A stretch of DNA of 64,000 nt, from NCBI GenBank assembly GCA_964016885.1, contig OZ024740.1, positions 261,702,001-261,766,000 on the forward strand, written 5' to 3'. Within the stretch, counting starts at the first letter, position 1, and every line of letters starts with the position of its first letter. Shown piece after piece: positions 55,900 through 64,000 of this stretch. The DNA is from Eledone cirrhosa (Eukaryota). The notes beneath the pieces were generated by a model. The model was not told the origin of the DNA. It was given only the letters and a program-made list of their open reading frames with translations, and made no database searches. A program made the position numbers and the translations under genes.

Positions 55900-58800
55900 C
55901 TACTCTTTCATATTATGTATGGATTTGTCTTCTACATTGTTGTAAGATTTAATATGTTTATTGTCGGGGCTATCTTTCCGACGGATTGCATTGTATAGTG
56001 TTTTGGCCACTACATCATGCCTCATAGGTAGATAGTACCGTGACAACATCTTGGGAGAGCTGCTTATGGCACGGGTGTTATCTTCGATGTTAATTCTGCA
56101 AAGTCTGCATTTGTTGTCACAGCTAGGTGTTTTGCCTGCATCGCTAGTTCTTTTGAGAATCAGGTATTTTGTATTGAATTCCTGTGGTAACCCATATAGC
56201 GGTTGTTGGTCCAAGATAGACTACTTTACTTATCTATATAACTCTCATTCTGGAGCCACCTGGCAACATATCCATGCATGATTTTTTGCTGATAAGCATG
56301 CAGTTTTTCATCCATGGATATACTACGATATTGCTGGGACAATTTCCCTGTGTTGGAGTTTTTGATTATCATGCAGGGAGTATCTTTCAAAAAGTTCCTT
56401 CCCAACTGTCATGATGTGATTTTATCTGTCTCATGCAGACAGACTTGCTCAATAGATGGGCTCCTGCACTTAGAGGTTTGTAGATGTTATCGGAGGGATA
56501 TAATGCGACACTCAAATGCTGACCTGACTGATGTTAAGCCTAGCCTCCCTGCTTACGTTTCAAGTAGAGGCGGTCTATGTCACTGTTAATGTAGAAGTTT
56601 CCGGTGTTGTTAAGAATTTTTCGGGTTTTAACATCAATTGCTCGGATTTTGTCTATCGTTCATCGAGTATTTCAAACGTTGGTGTTAGGACAGGCACAGC
56701 AAACACATAGTGAGCCACTATTTTATTGTTCGCAGAGATTTTAGATGACCATATTTTTCTTAATCTGGTGTAATATTCCCTAGATACACGTTCCTTGTTA
56801 TAGATACCATCATAGGATATATTCTTATCTATCCCTAGGTATCTGCAGCAGTCCTCGTCAGATATAGGTGAAACAGTTAGGCCATTAATAAAAATATTGC
56901 TAGATTGGGTTGTAGTTTTTCTCCGCATTACAATCATATATGCACATTTAACCTGGCAAAACTACATTCCTATACCATTTAAGAAAGTCGTAGCCAGGTC
57001 AAGATTTTTTTCATCCCATTTATGTTCTTGGCATAGAGTTTCATTGAGTTTCAGGTCATCCACAAAGAAGTTATGGGTTAGGCTCGTATTTCTGTCCGCC
57101 TTTGAAACAATTATGAATCTTCGCATTTCTTGATCAGAAAGGAAAAGGAGTTTAATGGCAGAACAAATAGTAGCACAGAGAGATTGTTTCCTTGAAATAT
57201 ACCTCTGTGATATTTTATTTTATCAATGAAAATAGAGTCCTCCTTCTCTGTTTTTAACTTTAGGATAGTAGCCCAAGAAGAAGATAGATTCTATATGGCT
57301 CCGATAATAGTGCCTGGAATTTTAGCAAGTCGGATGGCCTATATCATCCAAGAGTGTGGAACAGAATCAAAAGCTTTCCTGTAGTCCAGCCAGATTGTAA
57401 CCATACTCCTCCTAAGTTGTCGCCCCTCTGACATCGTGGTTTTGTTAATTAGGAGTTGTTCAGCACACCCAAGACACCTTTCTTCACAGCTACTTGCTCA
57501 TTTGTGATGATGTAATTACTGTGGAAGTGATCTTGGAGAAATAGGTTCAGGCAGGGTGTATACAGTTTAAACATCAGGTTCTGGCATGCTATGGGTCGGT
57601 AGTCGTTTGCCAAGTGGGTGTCTTTTTTCTAGGGGACTAATACTGTTTGTGCTAATGTCAACTACCCTGGCATATGTGCATCTCCCTTGAGAGCTTGCTG
57701 GTAGAGGTTGATAAGATACACCCGATAGAATGTCAGTTTTTTTTACCCAGTATCCGACAATCATGTCTTTTCTTGGTGTTTTCTTATTTTGGAGTTCTCC
57801 TATCACAGTCTCAAGGGTATCCTTATTTATTTCGTATGTTTTTGTTGTAGTGCAGGGGCAGTAGTTCTTTTGGATTTCATTTAGCCACACTGTATATTGG
57901 CTGAAATTTTTCCTTTTCTCCCATATTTTTCTCCAGAAGGAGTCTATGTCTTTCTGGGATGGGGCATCAGTGACATTTAATAATTCATATCGCTATAGAC
58001 TGATATTTGGTTTCGTCTGAATCTTTTATTAATTATCTTTCTTTCAGCCACCCTCTTCTGGTATCGAGGTTTCTCGCTGACAGCTCTCAATTCTTGTTTG
58101 AGGGTGATCAGCTTATAAAGAAGAGTTCTGGTTGTACTGTCTACAAACATCTTTCTATTATGTATTTTCATTCTCTGTTGGTGAGGAATGTAGTTTTTGT
58201 GTGTTTTTTGTTGCATATCACATATTCTAGAGTTTCCCGTCAGTCAGCAATCTTTTTTCCTATATTAGTAATATATGATGGTGTTTTTGGTGGTGTTTTG
58301 TTCTTGTTAACATTTCTGTTATGACCAAGATAATGATTCACTGTCGTTGCACAGACATTGATTTGCCAAAATGTAGGGATTTAATTCGTCGTAAATATTC
58401 ACCCATAAGTTCGTCAATAGCACGCAGGATTTCATTAATTGGTTTCATTTTGTTTAGTACTGTTGTTTTATTACGTTCCACGAGAGAGATGTTTATACAT
58501 AAATTAATTTCTCTCCGGAAAGTTTCGCTGATGGTATATTTTAATTGTTTATACTCTTGCTTTTCCAAGCCAGTACAGGTAGAGCGTCAGACACCATGCT
58601 TTGCAGCATAGAGTTTGGGCCCATTACGTTCTGTGTTCAAATCCCACGGAGGTTAGCTTTGCCTTTCATCCTTACGGGGTCGATAACATAAAGCACCAGT
58701 ATTGCACTGGAGGTAATTGCTGGTCTTGTGCCAAAAGTAGAAACAATTATTATTAACAGTATTTTCCAGAACAGTCGAGGTAGATTCATTTGATACATGT

Positions 58801-59110
58801 GGTGTCAAATATTTTACCGGCATAGTTGTTTCAAGGGACTGTTCGTGTTTTGCTGTTGTTTGTTGATTTTCAGTCTGTGTGCTAGAAAGTCTAGTAATAT
58901 GGATGCCTGCAGCACGTGTTGTTGATTGCATGTTCGATCTGGGACATTTAAAATGAATAATATTCATGCCATTTTTATATTCAATTAACGTTGCTTGTTG
59001 GCGAAAATGTTTGGCTGTGAAGTGATTTTGTTCGGGATGTATTTCGTCCCAGTATAGCTTCATTCTGTTCATATAACCAACGGAGAGATTTCTTTCCCCA
59101 TTTTATAACA
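55900..59110 (-). mobile_element. R4/Dong-like RLE non-LTR retrotransposon, degraded
   Basis: YRPI, WLDYRKAFDSVPH, GIFQG, FVDD, YLG, CRLC..RHD; many stops; SINE inserted at 58570-58752. Confidence 0.85.
58570..58752 (+). mobile_element. Nin/Deu-like SINE
   Basis: Match to 14629-14822. Confidence 0.8.
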
Positions 59111-59344
59111 ATTATATAAATCATTAAATTCGTAACTCAAGAGAAATGTGATTGTATGTATGTACATATACTTATATATAAGCATGTTTCTATACACATA
59201 TATATCTGTATGAATGTATATAAGTATATATGTACACACATACGCACACACAAAGACACACACAAAGACACACATATATATATATATACAATAATAATAA
59301 ATGGGAACAAAGAATCAGTATTGCATCATATACATATTTAATTA

Positions 59345-59434
59345 CATATTACATATCTTTCACTACCAATCAGTTCGAGGAACGATCGAATAATGTTCGA
59401 TCCTAACTCTCGAATCGGGAGCTCCTCAGATATG
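59345..59434 (-). ncRNA. Hammerhead ribozyme with long multi-segment stem II
   Basis: Minus strand: catat CTGAGGA GCTCCCGAT TCGAG..GATCGAA-catta-TTCGATC..CTCGA..ATTGGTAGT GAAA GATATG TA atatg. Confidence 0.8.
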
Positions 59435-59619
59435 TGTTCTCACATGCAGACGCATGTCCAAACGCGGTTGAATTATTAAACACCCGATTCGTTATTTTAG
59501 GCTGCCACAAACTTTGTTAGAAGAAAAGTGTTATTTATTTTGAGAACAATACCTTAACGAAGTACATATTAGATTCCTGTTTCTTCTATAACAACTACAA
59601 CGGTACGCGATGGGGCCCA

Positions 59620-60230
59620 CCCACAGCCCCGGCGGACAGAATGGAGAAGGCGTTTCCCCGGAGGATGGCAAGGGAGACGCGCTGGAAGAGTCACTCCAAC
59701 TCGCGAGGCTCACACCTGCGGCTGGCCAGCTCAGCGCCTTTGGTGGTGAGTAAGGAGGTAGCCCTGGGGCCGAAGACACCAGAAGTCTCCACTGCCAGGA
59801 GTACGACCGCAAACCTGTCGGAGAGCGACCGGTATTTGAGGAGTTTGGCCCCCTCATCCCGACTTGCAGCAGAATCTGGGTCAGTCGCAGACTGCACCAT
59901 GTTGCAACTGCAGAAAGTGTCGGTGCAAGTGGCATCCCAGATGAGGGGTTTGCCAACGCGGAACGGGAAGATGGTCATGCCATCTGGCCTTTTGCCATCC
60001 CCTCGATCCAGCCCCACCAGCTCGAGCTGGGAAGGGAAGCCTGCAGCGTCCAAGCCATGCTTAATGACCTCGTTGAGGGCAGCCTGGCGTTGGAATGCGG
60101 CCGGCACTGTGGAGACAGGAAAGCGGGTGGAGGCCGAAAGAGTCCACGGTGGAACCACAGCGACATTGATGTGGCTGGCAGATCCGGAGGCCGAGCCTCA
60201 GGGAAACGCCGATGCGCTGTCGCTTTAATC
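59620..60230 (-). mobile_element. CRE-clade-like retrotransposon, RLE domain fragment (small second 3' piece at 60720-60775)
   Basis: GKRPDGMT..P...GKPLIWDATCTDT, K..KY, AVETSGVFG, S.A..RGNA. Confidence 0.8.
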
Positions 60231-60963
60231 ATGTTAAATTGTATTTGGTCAAATCCCAGTGGGAAGGTGACCTAGAATTCAGCAACGTTTACTGTCACCG
60301 GTTGGTCAAGGTGGTAAATTATGCTGGTCTCATATAGAAGCCATTCATGCGTGACGGCCTGTCTATAGGAAGTCTGTAGATATAGGCCACGGAGCCTTAG
60401 AAGATGATAACTAAATTTCTTTATTAGGAGCCGAATTAGTATTAACATCTATATGCTTTGTTCTTTAGCTAAGTGTTAGACTTGGTATATTTACTTACAC
60501 ACTAACACCCTTCCTTTCCTACTGAATAGTTAACATGCATCCTGAGAAGTGGTTTTCTCATGATAGTGTTGTTGTGTTCGTCACAAGTATGAAAATACAC
60601 TCTTGACAGGTGCAATGTGTACGAACATATAAGAGCCGAACTCCCACCGTCATCGCCCCCATTTCTCTCGCTCTCCCCATCTCTCTGTATAGTGAGCAAA
60701 TGGGGTCCCATATGCTGGCTGGCCCACATCCTCGGCGGACAGAATGGAGAAGGCGTTTCCACGGAGGATGGTAAGGGGAATGTAGTGTAATAAATGTGAA
60801 TCAGTGGAAGGGCAATTTGATAGATGGCATTACAAAGATAAAGAATAAAGCGATAAAAATATGAAGTGATAATGAAATAGATAATAAGGATAGAAAGAAT
60901 ACGATAGTGAGATAATATATATATATATAAAATAATACAAACATAAGAAAAGACTAAAATAAA

Positions 60964-61152
60964 ATAATAATTGTTTCTACTTTTGGCACAAGGCCAGCAA
61001 TTACCCAGTACATTACTGGTACTTTATTTTATCGACCCCGGAAGGATGAAAGGCAAAGTTAACCTCGGCGGGATTTGAACTCAGATCGTAAAGGGACGTA
61101 ACTCTTTGCGTTAAAGCATGGCGTCCGACCCTCTACTGATACTGCCAATCCA
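60964..61152 (-). mobile_element. Nin/Deu-like SINE
   Basis: Reverse-complement match to 14629-14822. Confidence 0.85.
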
Positions 61153-61299
61153 CTAATAATGGTATCATTTATTGGCAACAAGGGCCGATATGTAGGGGAC
61201 AATACAAAGATACGGATAGTGGGGATTCACAATAAGATCGAGTAAAAATGCAAAAAACGATCTAAGAATGAAAAAATATAAAAATAAACAATGTATAGA

Positions 61300-62095
61300 A
61301 ATATCAAAATAAATTCCCCAAATAGAGGGGTGAACCACATAGAGGCAACTCAGGTACCACACCAAACCTGAACCACCCGACGCTTCTAGGGCACCCAGGA
61401 AGGGCATCCTTCTCCTCATCAAATTAACCAGTCTACAAGCGCATGGTTAGAGTAGGCTCACTCACACGAGCCATTCTCGCCAGAATCATCCACCTTTTAG
61501 TAAATGTACTGGGGTGCAGCACTTCTCTCTCGACCCTTACCTTCCTTTCCAAGTGAAACTTGAGGAAGATGATGAGGGATTGGCCGAAGAGAAAATTCTG
61601 TCTTCAGTCCTTTCAACCTGGTTCATCATACAACCTCTTCCACAACTGTCACTAGACAGGAAAATTGCCTGCCCTTCCTGGCCAAAAGAAGGCGGTGGGT
61701 CACCTAGTCTTGGTCTTTTCTTGATCCAGGACTGCAGCTCAGTCAAAGAGATGAGCTGTGGAAAGGCCCGTCTGACAAACGGCGACCACAACTGTTCACC
61801 GTTTAGGCAGATTATCTGGAGATGCTGCAGCCTCAGTGCATGTTTGCGCATCATTAGCCACGGCATGCCCAGCTCTCCGGGTAGAGGGCGCTGGCAGCAG
61901 ATGGACCGCCTCACCAACGGAACCTGTCCTCTCCACCAGAAGTTGAAGAGGAGCTGTTCCAACTTGGCGAGGAGTGGACTTCCTCGCAGCCCATTTCTAG
62001 GTGAGACTAGCTCTCATCCCAATTCTTTTCCACCTGGTGGTCTAGTCCGAACCAAACCCCGAGCAACTTTACCGGTCCGGCCATCCAACTAAACT
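61300..62095 (-). mobile_element. Tx1/L1-like LINE ORF2 3' fragment
   Basis: LFNFWWRG..LVRRSICCQ....GELGMP (post-RT F.W..GGL.P motif); internally deleted. Confidence 0.6.
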
Positions 62096-62901
62096 AAAAT
62101 AATAGTAACATTTTTTGCAAACATAGAAGGATAAGTAGGGAGTATGAGAAAGGAAAAGAAGAAAGAAAAAGAAAAAAGAAAATGAGAATGAAAAAGAAAG
62201 AATGAATGTCTAGACAGACTTTCGATATATTCCAACGAACCAATATTATGGTCTTGTTTAGAGAAATCAAATACCTTATTATAGTGAAAACATTTTACGA
62301 AAACAAGAATATATGGTCAATTTGGGTATATATCTATAGGATGCGTGTGTGTACATGTGTATGTGTGTGTGTGTTGTTGCGCATATGCTTTTGGTTATGT
62401 ACAATATTGTGTGTGAGTATGCATGTGCATGTATGGTTATGTCTTTGTGCGTACGAGCGTTCCTATATGTGCTAAGTTGTATTTCAACACTGAGCCTAAC
62501 CATCGGTTCAAGTGCTCAACAAAATATCGGGCTCCCCCAGTGCACTGGTTGGCCGGTACGGACGTATGCAATCCCCTTACTCCTCGGTGGGAAAGGTGCA
62601 TTTCTTGTGGTGTCTGCATGCCATGATAATCTCAGACTTAAGGTTAAACAAGTTTTGTTTTAATTTCACAATTTCCATGGCTTCTGCTACACAGAGTTTG
62701 CAATGGCAACCACCTACGGAATACACATATACATATGAAGGACTTCTGTCCGAAAAGTCAAACCCTGTCTAAACGAAATATAACTATGTAATTTTGCATC
62801 CTGGTGTTTGTTTTGTTTCATTCTTCACATATGTGTGTATATTTGCATATGAATATGTACACGCATATATAGAATATATATATATATACACAAATAGATA
62901 C

Positions 62902-64000
62902 TCACATCTCTCTGTCTCTCTCTCTCTCAAGGTGTTGCTTCAGTGTTACTATCCGGGTCTCATATGATGTTAATATGGATTTTAGACCCCAGCCACCTTC
63001 CTTGCGTGAGAAGTATAGCCTATCCACATCACCATTGATGTTAAAGTTCCCAGTAACACTGAGAAGTTTGCGAGTTCTAACATCCATCTCACTTAGTTCT
63101 TGCAATGACCATTTCAGCAGGCCAAATGTTGGCAATAGAATTGGCACAGCATAAGCATTGTGGGCAATGTATTTGTTGTACGCTGACAGTTCTGATGACC
63201 ATATTTTCTTTACCTTTCTGAGGTATTCAGTTCTGGTTCTCTCCTTATTTATGGGTCCATCATATCTGACATTCTCATCCTGTCCAAGATATCTGTAGTT
63301 GTCACCTGACTATAGAGGTTGTATTGTCAGGCCGTTCATCTCGAGATTTCTAGAGGAGGGCACAGCTCTTCCACGTTTTACTACCAAATATGCACACTTG
63401 GACTCACCAAATTTCATTTTGATGTCTGTTGAAAATTGTGTAATGTCATTGAAATTTGGCCCATACAACTTCAGGTCATCAACAAAGAAAAGATGGGAGA
63501 TACTTCTGGACCCACTTCTTTGAAAACCTTGTTTCCTGAGGAGGTAAGATAGTGGATTTAGTGAGAGAACGAAGAATAGCACTGACAAGCTATCACCCTG
63601 AAAGATGCCCTTCTGGTAATGTATCTTATCAGTCTTAACTTGCTCCTTCTCACCTCTAAGGATCAAATTGGTGTACCAGTTCTTGGTCAGATGTTCAACA
63701 GAAACTACCAGTGGTTGTGGGACTTTGGCTAACTGTAAAGCCTTAACAATCCACCCATGAGGTATACCATCAAATGCTTTTTGATAGTCCAGCCACACCA
63801 CAGTCATGTTTCTGCGATTCTTTGTTGTTTTTTCTTGAATCATTTTATTAGTTAGTAGGTGATCTATGCAACCCCACACCTTCCTCTTTCCACCAGCTTG
63901 CTAAGGTGTTATGATGTTGTTGGTAGCACAGTGATCCTGTAAGAACAGGTTAAGGCACCCAGTATATAATTTATACATGATGTTTTGGCAGGCTATTGGG
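62902..64000 (-). mobile_element. R4/Dong-like RT fragment, runs off the window
   Basis: WLDYQKAFD, GIFQGDSLS, HLFFVDDLKLY, YLG, DVDRLY..RKEGG.GL. Confidence 0.88.

Overview
AT-rich, microsatellite-saturated eukaryotic DNA. It is probably from a coleoid cephalopod (octopus-like), inferred from the SINE families and base composition. Almost all of it is transposon-derived: four Penelope-like elements (PLEs; one near-intact RT+GIY-YIG copy at 41.2-45.2 kb), three R4/Dong-like RLE LINE relics, RTE, CR1/L2-like, CRE-like and Tx1/L1-like fragments, a DD37D (maT) Tc1/mariner element, Helitron pieces and many tRNA-derived SINEs. The main hidden signal is a dense population of 100-500 bp cassettes between (TA)n tracts that carry minimal type-I hammerhead ribozymes (HHRs). 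About 20 were read by eye on both strands, some with U3-A8 or U4C core variants or very long stem II. Several cassettes are fold-back palindromes whose turning point sits in hammerhead stem II, and unrelated families share a short RTYGAGYRCT motif downstream of the ribozyme. A possible small two-exon host ORF ending in -CxC lies at 9.5-10.6 kb (minus strand). All calls were made by eye; element boundaries are approximate.
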